The notes: generated from the letters alone by a model not told the origin. 32,000 bases of DNA from Caldimicrobium thiodismutans (GCF_001548275.1 NZ_AP014945.1:810001-842000), one strand, 5' to 3'; shown: positions 7,628 to 15,260, counted from the first letter of the stretch. Numbers and translations are program-made.

Positions 7628-7655
7628 TTGAAATCCCTATAAATTCCGGCAAAAT
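7628..7655 (+). promoter_or_regulatory. Promoter of the decayed Rpn copy (duplicate of 28686-28713)
   Basis: TTGAAA (7628-7633), 16-nt spacer, CAAAAT (7650-7655), 6 nt, ATG at 7662. Near-identical to the promoter of the intact copy. Confidence 0.45.
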
Positions 7656-7661
7656 ACCTCT

Positions 7662-8341
7662 ATGCCAAAGAAGAAACCTCCTGTTCCCTATGACCTTTTT
7701 GCCAAGGCCTTCCTCAAAGACCCTGAAAACTTAAAAGGCTTCCTCTCAACCTTCCTCCCTGATCACATTAAAACTCATCTTGACCTTGACTCCCTTATAA
7801 AATTATCCCGGAAGAGCAAGTTTCTCTTTCTCCCTGTTTTCCCCTTGTGTTTTATGAAGGGAAATAAGCCCTGGGTGTATCCTGAAAGGATAGAGGAGAT
7901 ATTTTCAGTGCCAGAGGGGTTAAAGGGAGAACTTTTTAAGGTTCATGTGGTTGATTTAAAGAGGGTGGAGGATGAGAAGATATTGAGGGTATTTGATATT
8001 TTAGCAGGGCTTGGGTGTTATCTTTATTTAATAAAGGCGGAATCAAGGGATTTTGAAAGATGGAGTTAAAGAGCTTTTGGGATAGAGTGGGAGAGAAGTT
8101 TTATAAGCAGGGAATTGAGCAGGGAATTGAGCAAGGAATTGAGCAGGGGAAATATCAGGGGTTAATTGAGGAGGCAAGGGAGCTTGTGCTTGAGGCCATA
8201 GAGGTGAAGCTTGGGTATGTGCCGGAGGAAGTGAGGGAGAGGGTGGTAAGGGAGGAAGATAGAGGAGTTCTTAAGGAGTGGCATAGAAAAATAATCCTTG
8301 CAAAGAGCTCTGAAGATATCTTTAAACTCTTTGAAAATTGA
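7662..8341 (+). pseudogene. Decayed Rpn/YhgA-like (PD-(D/E)XK, Transposase_31 family) gene with internal deletions
   Basis: Direct repeat of 28720-29754. It lacks ~190 nt (junction near 7830), which removes the catalytic core, and 166 nt (junction 8057/8058). It also carries small indels. The result is two ORFs, 7662-8069 and 8060-8341. Confidence 0.85.
8060..8341 (+). CDS. Intact 93-aa C-terminal Rpn-derived ORF (possible stand-alone RpnS-like small protein)
   Basis: 282 nt, collinear with 29473-29754 and without any indel. 16 codon differences, 11 of them synonymous. The ATG overlaps the end of the upstream remnant ORF by 10 nt. Expression is not demonstrated. Confidence 0.4.
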   Translation: MELKSFWDRVGEKFYKQGIEQGIEQGIEQGKYQGLIEEARELVLEAIEVKLGYVPEEVRERVVREEDRGVLKEWHRKIILAKSSEDIFKLFEN

Positions 8342-8614
8342 TATTATTTAATCTTTCTTGCTTCTTTTTCTTCTATAAGCTTAGGTAAAATTATTCCCAA
8401 ATCAATTGATTCTATTATTTGCGGATTTAAAATCTGTGTTATAAAATATTTTCCTAAAAAGCAATGTTTAGTAATAAAATATTACGAACATATTATCCAT
8501 AACGAGCAGGGAGGACGGACGGGAAGCATTATATTTTGTATAAAAAAATAATCTACATTACCTGCCAAAAAAAGCATGTTTAAATCTCAAAAAATCGGGA
8601 CTTATACACCCCCC

Positions 8615-8642
8615 TTGACAAAACCTAAGGGAAGGTTATATT
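8615..8642 (+). promoter_or_regulatory. Sigma-70-type promoter of tRNA-Leu(GAG)
   Basis: TTGACA (8615-8620), 16-nt spacer, TATATT (8637-8642). The tRNA 5' end lies 12 nt downstream. The upstream box lies at 8585-8601. Confidence 0.6.
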
Positions 8643-8654
8643 TTATTTTATAGC

Positions 8655-8739
8655 GCCGAGGTGGCGGAACTGGTAGACGCGCTGTCTTGAGGGGGCAGTG
8701 GGCCCCGTGCCTGTGCGGGTTCGAGTCCCGCCCTCGGCA
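8655..8739 (+). tRNA. tRNA-Leu (anticodon GAG)
   Basis: Manual fold: acceptor GCCGAGG/CCTCGGC, anticodon stem CTGTC/GGCAG with loop TTGAGGG, long variable arm, T arm GCGGG-TTCGAGT-CCCGC, discriminator A. No encoded CCA. Confidence 0.9.
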
Positions 8740-8741
8740 TT

Positions 8742-9557
8742 TCACTTCTTCGGGTTAAGTATCTCCTGTAAGGTCTCACCAAGCAAAATAAAAGCTAAAA
8801 CCGTTAGCAAAATAGCAAGTCCTGGAAATACTGAGAGCCACCAGGCAACCTCTAAGGTCTCCTTTCCATCAATAAGCAGATTTCCCCAGGAGGGGGTAGG
8901 TGGTTGAACTCCAATTCCAAGAAAGGAAAGGGCAGATTCAATCAAGATTGCATTTCCCATACCTAAGGAGGCGGATACAAGAATAGGGGGAAGGGTATTA
9001 GGTAAAAGGTGCTTAAAGATGATACGAAATGAAGAGGCTCCGTAAATCTTTGCGGAAAGCACAAATTCTCTTTCTTTTAAAGACAAAAATTCAGCCCTCA
9101 CCAGACGGGCAACCCCCATCCAGGATGTAAGCCCTATCACTACCATAATAGTAAAAATAGAGGGCTCAAGATAGGCAATCACCGCCAAGATAAGAAAGAT
9201 GGTTGGAAAACAAAGCATAATGTCAATGATTCTGGAGATAATTTGATCAATTATTCCCCCGAAGTATCCAGCTAAAGCTCCTAAGAAGATACCAATAAAA
9301 AGAGATAAACCTACCGCAACCAAACTTACTTGAAGGGAAATCCTTGCCCCAAAGATCATTCTACTTAAAACATCCCGGCCAAGAAGGTCTGTTCCAAAGG
9401 GATGGGTAGGAGAAGGGGCTTGTAAGATAGCATTTACATTTATTTCAAGAGGATCAAAAGGGGTAATCCAAGGGCCCAAAAGGGCAAGTAAGATTAAAAA
9501 AAAGACCATACCTAAGGAAAATGCCCCTGTTTTTGAGGAAAGGAGCTCTTGCAGCAT
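8742..9557 (-). CDS. ABC transporter permease, oligopeptide/dipeptide type (OppC/DppC-like)
   Basis: 271 aa, polytopic. Has the EAA-loop-type segment (SAKIYGASSFRIIFKHLLPN) and N-terminal GTDLLGRDVLSR, typical of OppC/DppC. Confidence 0.8.
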   Translation of the reverse strand: MLQELLSSKTGAFSLGMVFFLILLALLGPWITPFDPLEINVNAILQAPSPTHPFGTDLLGRDVLSRMIFGARISLQVSLVAVGLSLFIGIFLGALAGYFGGIIDQIISRIIDIMLCFPTIFLILAVIAYLEPSIFTIMVVIGLTSWMGVARLVRAEFLSLKEREFVLSAKIYGASSFRIIFKHLLPNTLPPILVSASLGMGNAILIESALSFLGIGVQPPTPSWGNLLIDGKETLEVAWWLSVFPGLAILLTVLAFILLGETLQEILNPKK

Positions 9558-10543
9558 TACCTCTTTTCTCCAATTCTTATGCGTGGGTCAGCTAAAGCAT
9601 AACCCAAATCAGCTAAAAAATTCCCAAGAAGCGTTAGAAAGGAAACAAGGAGTAAATTTGCCATAATTACAGGATAGTCCCTGCTCATAACCGCCTGCCA
9701 CATAAGTTGCCCTAACCCAGGTATTCCAAAAATGGTCTCAAAAATAACTGAACCTCCAATTAAGCCCGGTAAAGAGAGCCCCAGAAGGGTTATCACAGGA
9801 AGAAGGGCATTTCTTAGAGCATGTTTATATAGCACTACCCTCTCAGGAAGACCCTTAGCCCTGGCATAGGTGATATAGTCTGCATGCAAGACCTCAATCA
9901 GGGAGTTTCTTAAATATCTGGAAAACCCAGCGATACCACCAAAGGTTGCTACAAAAAGGGGGCAGAGTAAGTGTTTTGTCCAATCCCAGAGCTTTTGCCA
10001 AAAATTCATCTGGTCATATCCAACAATAGAGTGAAGCCCTGATATAGGAAGAAGCTGTAGCTTAACTCCAAAAAACATCATCAGTAATAGGGCCAGCCAA
10101 AAGCTTGGCATGGCATAGCCAAAAAAGGTAAATATGGTGAAAAAACGATCAAGTTTGCTTCCTGCCCTGACTGCAGAAAAAACACCCATTGGAATACTTA
10201 CTAATAAGATAAGGAAAAGGGAGATGCTATTGATAAGCAAAGTTATGGGAAGCCTCTCTTTAATTTTATCCCAGACAGGTCGCTGATCTAAGGCAAAGGA
10301 ACGGCCAAAATCAAATCTTAAAATTCCTTTTAGCCAGTTTAAATACTGGATGTGAAGGGGTTTATCAAGACCATACATCTTTACAAGTTTTTCTCTGAAT
10401 TCAGGAGTAATCTTGGGATTAAATTCCGTCAATGGACTCAAAGGACCACCTGGAGCAAGGTGAAGAATTCCAAAGGTTAAAATGGTTATTCCCCAAAGGG
10501 TGACAAGTAAAATAGAAATTCTTTTTAAGAGATAGAGAAACAT
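9557..10543 (-). CDS. ABC transporter permease, oligopeptide/dipeptide type (OppB/DppB-like)
   Basis: 328 aa. N-terminal LLKRISILLVTLWGITILTF and YITYARAKGLPERVVLYKHALRNALLP are typical OppB/DppB motifs. 1-nt overlap with the downstream permease. Confidence 0.8.
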   Translation of the reverse strand: MFLYLLKRISILLVTLWGITILTFGILHLAPGGPLSPLTEFNPKITPEFREKLVKMYGLDKPLHIQYLNWLKGILRFDFGRSFALDQRPVWDKIKERLPITLLINSISLFLILLVSIPMGVFSAVRAGSKLDRFFTIFTFFGYAMPSFWLALLLMMFFGVKLQLLPISGLHSIVGYDQMNFWQKLWDWTKHLLCPLFVATFGGIAGFSRYLRNSLIEVLHADYITYARAKGLPERVVLYKHALRNALLPVITLLGLSLPGLIGGSVIFETIFGIPGLGQLMWQAVMSRDYPVIMANLLLVSFLTLLGNFLADLGYALADPRIRIGEKR

Positions 10544-11241
10544 CTTTTCCTTTCAGCCTCTGAGGCCTTCAGATAAAGAGGCAGAATATCTTCTGCCCTT
10601 TCAGGTTTAATCTGGTTTAACTCTAATTTTAGCTTAGCCACCTGAGAAAGCAAGCCAGCTCTAAGGACTGGTTGAAAAGGAGGAAGCAAAAATCTTTCTC
10701 TTAATGTCTCTCTAAAAAAACTCTCCCACTTCTCTATGGTCTCACTGATAAAAAGAGTCGGTTCCTTAATTAAAGAGGGAATCTCTTTAAGGGGATAAAG
10801 CCCTGGTTCTATAAGAGTTTGCAGGTTTTTTCCCTCAAATTTATAAATCCCCACAAATACTTCCTTAGAATAGGCATCAATCAGGGCAATTATGGGCTGA
10901 GTTGAACTATAAAAGGAATAAGCCAGGATTTCAAGACTACTCAGAGGCAAAACAGGAAAATCATAAACTAAGGAGAGGGCCTTAGCAAGGCTAAGCCCTA
11001 TTCTTAATCCCGTAAAACTGCCAGGCCCGATATCTACCGCAAGATAATCAATTTCCTGTAGGGAGACGCCTCCCTTATCAAGTAAAAAAGGTAATATCTG
11101 AAAAAGCCTCTTAGAATAGGAATCCTTAGCATAAAAGTTTATCTCCTCAAGAAGCGTCTCTCTATATAGGGCAAGGCCCCCGAATTTCCCTGAGGTTTCA
11201 ATGGCAAGGATGAGGGGCTCCTTTTTTAATGGAGCTTCCAT
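10525..11241 (-). CDS. tsaB: tRNA t6A37 biosynthesis protein TsaB (YeaZ family)
   Basis: 238 aa. ILAIETSGKFGGLAL and DYLAVDIGPGSFTGLRIGLSLAKAL are characteristic ASKHA-fold TsaB motifs. Confidence 0.8.
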   Translation of the reverse strand: MEAPLKKEPLILAIETSGKFGGLALYRETLLEEINFYAKDSYSKRLFQILPFLLDKGGVSLQEIDYLAVDIGPGSFTGLRIGLSLAKALSLVYDFPVLPLSSLEILAYSFYSSTQPIIALIDAYSKEVFVGIYKFEGKNLQTLIEPGLYPLKEIPSLIKEPTLFISETIEKWESFFRETLRERFLLPPFQPVLRAGLLSQVAKLKLELNQIKPERAEDILPLYLKASEAERKRCFSIS

Positions 11242-12308
11242 CCTGAAAGAACGCGAAGTATATCATTATAAAAAACAGCAATAGAAAGGGCAATAATTAG
11301 CACAAGGCCAATTTTAAAGATAAGTTCCTGGGTTTTTAAAGAGAGAGGATTTCCTCTTAAGGCCTCAATCCCAAAGATGACAAGGTGCCCACCATCTAAC
11401 ATGGGAAGGGGTAAGATATTTAAAACACCCAGATTTATGGAAAGCAAAGCCATAAAAGAGATAAAGGCTACAATCCCAAGCCGCGCGGAATCTCCAGCAA
11501 ATTTTCCAATGGTAATAGGCCCTCCAAGAGTAGAAAAGGGAAGCTCTCCTGTAAAGAGCTTGTAAATAGCCAAAAAAGTAAGGGAGGTAAAGTCATAAAC
11601 CTTCTTGGCAGCAAGCCCAAAGGCAGAGATTGGATCAAGCCTTTCATGAATCTGTTCAGGAGCAGACTTGACTCCAAGAAAAGGCACCCGGGTCTTTTTG
11701 CCAAAGACATTAGTCCCCTCCATTAGCTCTGGTTTTACCTTGAAAAGAAGAATCTCTGTTCCTCTCCGGACTTTGAGTTCAATCTCTTGAGGAGTTTCCT
11801 CTTTTCTTAGTTCAAGAAGAATATCTTCAAAGGATTTAACACTCTTTCCATTAATCTCGGTAATCAAGTCTCCCTTTTGAAGACCTGCTTTTTCCGCTGG
11901 ACTCCCAGGGAAAATCTCACCAATTTTGGGAGGCGTAAAGGTTCTACCAATAAAAGAAAAGATAAGCCAGAAGGCAAGAAAGGCAAAGATAAAATTGGCA
12001 AGAGGCCCGGCTATTACGATAAAGGCCTTTTGCCAGGTCTTTTTAAAAGCAAAGGCCTTTTCAGTCTCAGCTACATTCGGCAGGGTATCAGGATGCTCTC
12101 CATAAAGTTTTACATATCCGCCAAGGGGAATTAAAGAGATACGATATTCCGTTTCTCCCTTAAGAAAGCCCAATATCTTTGGACCAAACCCTAAGGAAAA
12201 GATTTCTACCCGGACACCCATTTTCTTTGCAGCAAGAAAATGACCAAGCTCATGAACAAAGACAAGGATACCGATGACAATTATGGTAGCAAGAATGGTT
12301 ATGAGCAT
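11226..12308 (-). CDS. rseP: RIP site-2 metalloprotease RseP (M50 family, with PDZ domain)
   Basis: 360 aa. HELGHFLAAK zinc motif, PDZ-like segment GSPAEKAGLQKGDLITEING, C-terminal NLLPLPMLDGGH. Confidence 0.9.
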   Translation of the reverse strand: MLITILATIIVIGILVFVHELGHFLAAKKMGVRVEIFSLGFGPKILGFLKGETEYRISLIPLGGYVKLYGEHPDTLPNVAETEKAFAFKKTWQKAFIVIAGPLANFIFAFLAFWLIFSFIGRTFTPPKIGEIFPGSPAEKAGLQKGDLITEINGKSVKSFEDILLELRKEETPQEIELKVRRGTEILLFKVKPELMEGTNVFGKKTRVPFLGVKSAPEQIHERLDPISAFGLAAKKVYDFTSLTFLAIYKLFTGELPFSTLGGPITIGKFAGDSARLGIVAFISFMALLSINLGVLNILPLPMLDGGHLVIFGIEALRGNPLSLKTQELIFKIGLVLIIALSIAVFYNDILRVLSGWKLH

Positions 12309-13468
12309 AAACCTTCCCTCTTGATTATCTCCTTAGTAAAGGCAAGCACCTCCTTATGAAGATTCAGATAATCCTCAAGGACTCTTGCCTGTCCAAAAGT
12401 AAATTTAAACTCATTTAGAGTTTTTTCAAGAAGACAGGGAATTTGGGGAAAGGAGATCTTTTTTTCAAGGAAGGCAGAGACCACCTCCTCATCTGCTGCC
12501 TCAAGGATTAAAGGATAAGGAAACCCTCTCTCAGCTACATCAAAGGCAAGACTTAGACAGGGGAAACGCTTAAAATCTACCTCTCTAAAGGTAAGTTCCT
12601 TCAGCTCAGCTAAGTTTATCTTAGAGAAGGGAATCTCCCACCTTTCAGGATAGCTCAGGGCATAGGCAATGGGAATCTTCATGTCTGGTTGACTTAAGTG
12701 AGCCAAAAGACTTCCGTCACTCATCTCTATAAAACTATGAACAATGCTCTGGGGATGAATAATTACCTTGATGCACGAAGGAGGAAAACTAAAAAGCTCA
12801 ATAGCTTCCAGGACCTCAAAACCTTTATTCATAAGGGTAGCAGAATCAATGGTAATTTTAGCTCCCATCTTCCAGGTGGGATGTTTCAAGGCAAGTTCAG
12901 GGGTAATTTTGATAAAATCCTTGATATCCCAATTTAAAAAGGGGCCTCCGGAAGCAGTCAAAATCAAGGTTTTGACAAATCTCCTCTCCTCACAGCGCAA
13001 AAGTTGAAACAGGGCTGAATGTTCACTATCCACAGGTATAATCTCTCCTCCGAAAGCCTTGGCGGTTTCTCTCAAGAAGCTTCCTGCAGAGATTATGGCT
13101 TCTTTATTGGCTAAGGCTACTCTCTTTCCCTTTTTTAGGGCATAATAAACAGGGATAAGGGCCTTTATTCCCGAAATAGCAATAAGAAATATCTCAGCAT
13201 CTGAACACTCAGCTAATTCCTTAAGACCTTCATCTCCTATAAGAATTTCTGCCTTATATGAAAGGTTGGCTTTCAACCAATCTGCAGAGGCCTTATTTTC
13301 AACTACCAGATAGGGCACTTGATATGTCTCAGCCTGTATTTTAAGTTTTTTAAGATTACTCCTTCCTGAGAGGCCGAGGATTTTAAAGTTTTCTTTAAAT
13401 TCAGTTAAAAGACTCAGAGCAGAGGTTCCAATAGAGCCTGTAGAACCAAAGATAACCAGCCCTTTCAT
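12299..13468 (-). CDS. dxr: 1-deoxy-D-xylulose-5-phosphate reductoisomerase
   Basis: 389 aa. GSTGSIGTSAL NADPH-binding motif, LANKEAII, PVDSEHSALFQ, ILTASGGPF, HPTWKMGAKITIDSATLMNKG. Confidence 0.95.
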   Translation of the reverse strand: MKGLVIFGSTGSIGTSALSLLTEFKENFKILGLSGRSNLKKLKIQAETYQVPYLVVENKASADWLKANLSYKAEILIGDEGLKELAECSDAEIFLIAISGIKALIPVYYALKKGKRVALANKEAIISAGSFLRETAKAFGGEIIPVDSEHSALFQLLRCEERRFVKTLILTASGGPFLNWDIKDFIKITPELALKHPTWKMGAKITIDSATLMNKGFEVLEAIELFSFPPSCIKVIIHPQSIVHSFIEMSDGSLLAHLSQPDMKIPIAYALSYPERWEIPFSKINLAELKELTFREVDFKRFPCLSLAFDVAERGFPYPLILEAADEEVVSAFLEKKISFPQIPCLLEKTLNEFKFTFGQARVLEDYLNLHKEVLAFTKEIIKREGLCS

Positions 13469-13819
13469 TTACTTGCTTTGAGGGGGAAGAGCCGGAGGGT
13501 TCTGAGGTGGAACAGGTGGTAAAGCAGGCACAGGAGGTTGGGTCTTTTGAGGGGACTCTTTGGCAGGAAGTTTCTCTGGAAGCATAATCTTATGTTTGGC
13601 TGTGCTAATCTTGGTAAGAAGCAGGGAATTTACAAAGAATAGGATGACAAGAAGCATTGTGACCTTATTTAAAAAACTTGTTGGGCCTGCTCCTCCAAAG
13701 ATGGCTTCAGCACCTCTAAAAACTGCACCATATTCAGAACCTTTAGTTACATTAACAAGGACAATAAGCACAATCAAAATAGCAAGAATTATCTGGAAAA
13801 CTATTAAGAGTGTCTCCAT
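13469..13819 (-). CDS. secG: Preprotein translocase subunit SecG with a Pro-rich C-terminal tail
   Basis: I use the METLLIVFQIILAILIVLIVL... start at 13819 (GGAG 6 nt upstream) rather than the track start at 13891, which lies upstream of the predicted promoter. Two TM helices flank the Gly-rich loop FGGAGPTSFLNK. Confidence 0.75.
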   Translation of the reverse strand: METLLIVFQIILAILIVLIVLVNVTKGSEYGAVFRGAEAIFGGAGPTSFLNKVTMLLVILFFVNSLLLTKISTAKHKIMLPEKLPAKESPQKTQPPVPALPPVPPQNPPALPPQSK

Positions 13820-13847
13820 TTTTAGCTCCTTTTCATAAGTTTTTTTA

Positions 13848-13875
13848 AATTTATACCCTTTTTCAATTTTGCCAA
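13848..13875 (-). promoter_or_regulatory. Sigma-70-type promoter of the secG-dxr operon
   Basis: Minus strand: TTGGCA (13875-13870), 16-nt spacer, TAAATT (13853-13848), then a ~28-nt leader with SD. The upstream box variant AAAAGGTGTGGATC lies at 13898-13885. Confidence 0.45.
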
Positions 13876-13935
13876 GGGGAAATAGATCCACACCTTTTAA
13901 TACTTAAATCTGCACCTGCAATCAATCTATGCGTT

Positions 13936-14099
13936 TTTTAATAGGACAAACCTGAGTGTTTGCCTGTTATATGTGCCTTTACATTATTGGGTAGACATGC
14001 AAGGATTAGGCGACACGCAAGGGCTTCCCATACCCTAACCTTTCACCTTTCACCTTTCACCTCTTACCTCTTACTACCCTTCCATTTTCTTGTAAGGAT
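13936..14099 (-). repeat. Dispersed repeat, copy 2 (inverted partner of 4943-5094), with an expanded heptamer tract
   Basis: The reverse complement aligns with 4943-5094. It contains five tandem heptamers at 14040-14074 (CTTTCAC x3, CTCTTAC x2), whereas copy 1 has two (4960-4973). Confidence 0.8.
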
Positions 14100-14323
14100 C
14101 TGAACCTATGCACCACCCCTGTCAGCGGACTTTCACCTGTGTAAAGAAGATCCCGCATCATTATGAATGGAGTTAGAAGGCAACAACTTTGGGTTTAATT
14201 TGGAGACTTGACCTTTTAAACATTTAAATGAAATTTTTGATATATATAAATGAAAAAAGTATATTAAAAAAATTGTGTGTCTGTGTGGTGGAGAAATTTG
14301 ACCTTTTTAAACCTTTTGATAAA

Positions 14324-14407
14324 TGCGGGAGGGGGGATTTGAACCCCCACGGGGATAATCCCCATCGGATCCTAAGTCCGAAGCGTCTACCTTTCCGCCA
14401 CTCCCGC
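14324..14407 (-). tRNA. tRNA-Leu (anticodon TAG)
   Basis: Reverse complement GCGGGAGTGGCGGAAAGGTAGACGCTTCGGACTTAGGATCCGATGGGGATTATCCCCGTGGGGGTTCAAATCCCCCCTCCCGCA. Acceptor GCGGGAG/CTCCCGC, anticodon stem TCGGA/TCCGA with loop CTTAGGA, long variable arm, T arm GGGGG/CCCCC. Confidence 0.9.
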
Positions 14408-14856
14408 AGCTTATATTAAATCGCTTTTCAAACATATTAAAATTAAACTAACCTTTGAAAAATTCAACCTCTTTAATTGCCTCATTAAAAATCTATTTGA
14501 AATTTTATCGTTGCCTCATATAAAAAATCTCAGCTCCTCTTTTGAACCTTCACAAAAAAACTATCTATTTCGCCCCTCTTAAATTTACAAGCTTAGTTCT
14601 TTAGCAAAGCTTATTTCAAAGGAAAGTGTAGGTAAGAAGCTTTATAGAAAGATAAGGAGATATCAGAAAATGCTTGAAAGAGCATATTTAGAGAAAAATG
14701 GGAATTATTTTCGGGGAAAAATTGACAATAAAAAGGAGGGGAAGGTAAAATAATTTCCTTTAGAAAATTAAATGAGGCATTACGCTTTAACCTTCTCATT
14801 TCTCCTGTAGCAAAAAGTTTTTAAGCAACCTTCCTCAGATCAACCACCCTTTATAA

Positions 14857-14884
14857 TTGATTCTTCAAAAAAGTGCATTAAATT
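14857..14884 (+). promoter_or_regulatory. Sigma-70-type promoter of the FmdB-like gene, leaderless layout
   Basis: TTGATT (14857-14862), 16-nt spacer, TAAATT (14879-14884), 6 nt, ATG at 14891. No SD is present. Confidence 0.45.
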
Positions 14885-14890
14885 TTAGAT

Positions 14891-15256
14891 ATGCCTCTTT
14901 ATGAATTTGAATGTGAGTCCTGTGGAGCCATCTTTGAGGTATTTTTAAAAAGGGATGAACCCTATCCTGAATGTCCCCTTTGCCATTCCTCTAAAATTAT
15001 AAAACTCCCCTCTCTTTTCGGATTTCAAGATAAAAGTGCTTACCGATCTGCAAGAGAAAGAGCCATTCTCCAGAGGGCAAGAGATTATCTTCAAGATGGA
15101 AAACTTAGAGATGCCCAGAGATTTCTTGAAAAGGCCAGGGCATTTCATCCCACAGATAAGGTTAAACAACTTTCTGAAAAACTTGCTGAAAGAAGAGCTC
15201 CAAAAGAGGGTTTTTTGATAAAGCCCGAAGCGGTTATAATTAAAAAGAAGGGGTGA
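14891..15256 (+). CDS. FmdB-family zinc-ribbon protein (putative regulatory protein)
   Basis: 121 aa. N-terminal MPLYEFECESCGAIFEV....CPLCHS is the CxxC...CxxC FmdB/TIGR02605-type zinc ribbon. Confidence 0.75.
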   Translation: MPLYEFECESCGAIFEVFLKRDEPYPECPLCHSSKIIKLPSLFGFQDKSAYRSARERAILQRARDYLQDGKLRDAQRFLEKARAFHPTDKVKQLSEKLAERRAPKEGFLIKPEAVIIKKKG

Positions 15257-15260
15257 GAAC

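Noticed and set aside
8108-8150. Tandem 12-nt repeats (GGAATTGAGCAG x3), also at 29521-29565; considered as a CRISPR-like or regulatory repeat.
   Set aside because: They are in frame inside the Rpn ORF and encode the family-typical GIEQ/GIKQ peptide repeats. There is no spacer structure.
8342-8654. Possible third degenerate copy of the 4943/13936 repeat in the gap before tRNA-Leu(GAG).
   Set aside because: Only scattered short matches (GGGAAGC, TAATGTA) are present. The clear similarity is limited to the promoter-upstream box, which is reported separately.
8655-8739. tRNA-Leu(GAG), a G37 tRNA and hence a TrmD substrate, lying about 1 kb downstream of trmD; considered as a functional linkage.
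   Set aside because: It has an independent promoter and is separated from trmD by the Rpn remnant. This is most likely coincidental.
8698-8907. Track ORFs overlapping tRNA genes (8698-8907, 14228-14419, 21339-21542).
   Set aside because: Each is explained by a cloverleaf-folding tRNA (Leu-GAG, Leu-TAG, Lys/Glu), so the open frames are incidental.
14101-14160. GGTGAAAGTCC-like motif (reverse complement of 14127-14137) enclosed by a GGATCT/AGATCC stem; considered as an RNase P RNA CR-I or cobalamin riboswitch fragment.
   Set aside because: Only one short motif matches. The other conserved elements (full P4 pairing, B12 box, and so on) are not visible, and the region is too short for RNase P RNA. 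An Infernal/Rfam scan would settle it.
14207-14326. Two copies of TTGACCTTTT(T)AAAC about 90 nt apart on the + strand; the second could drive transcription antisense to tRNA-Leu(TAG).
   Set aside because: The -10 candidates are weak or absent, the DNA is AT-rich low-complexity sequence, and there are only two occurrences. I cannot support a promoter or ncRNA call.
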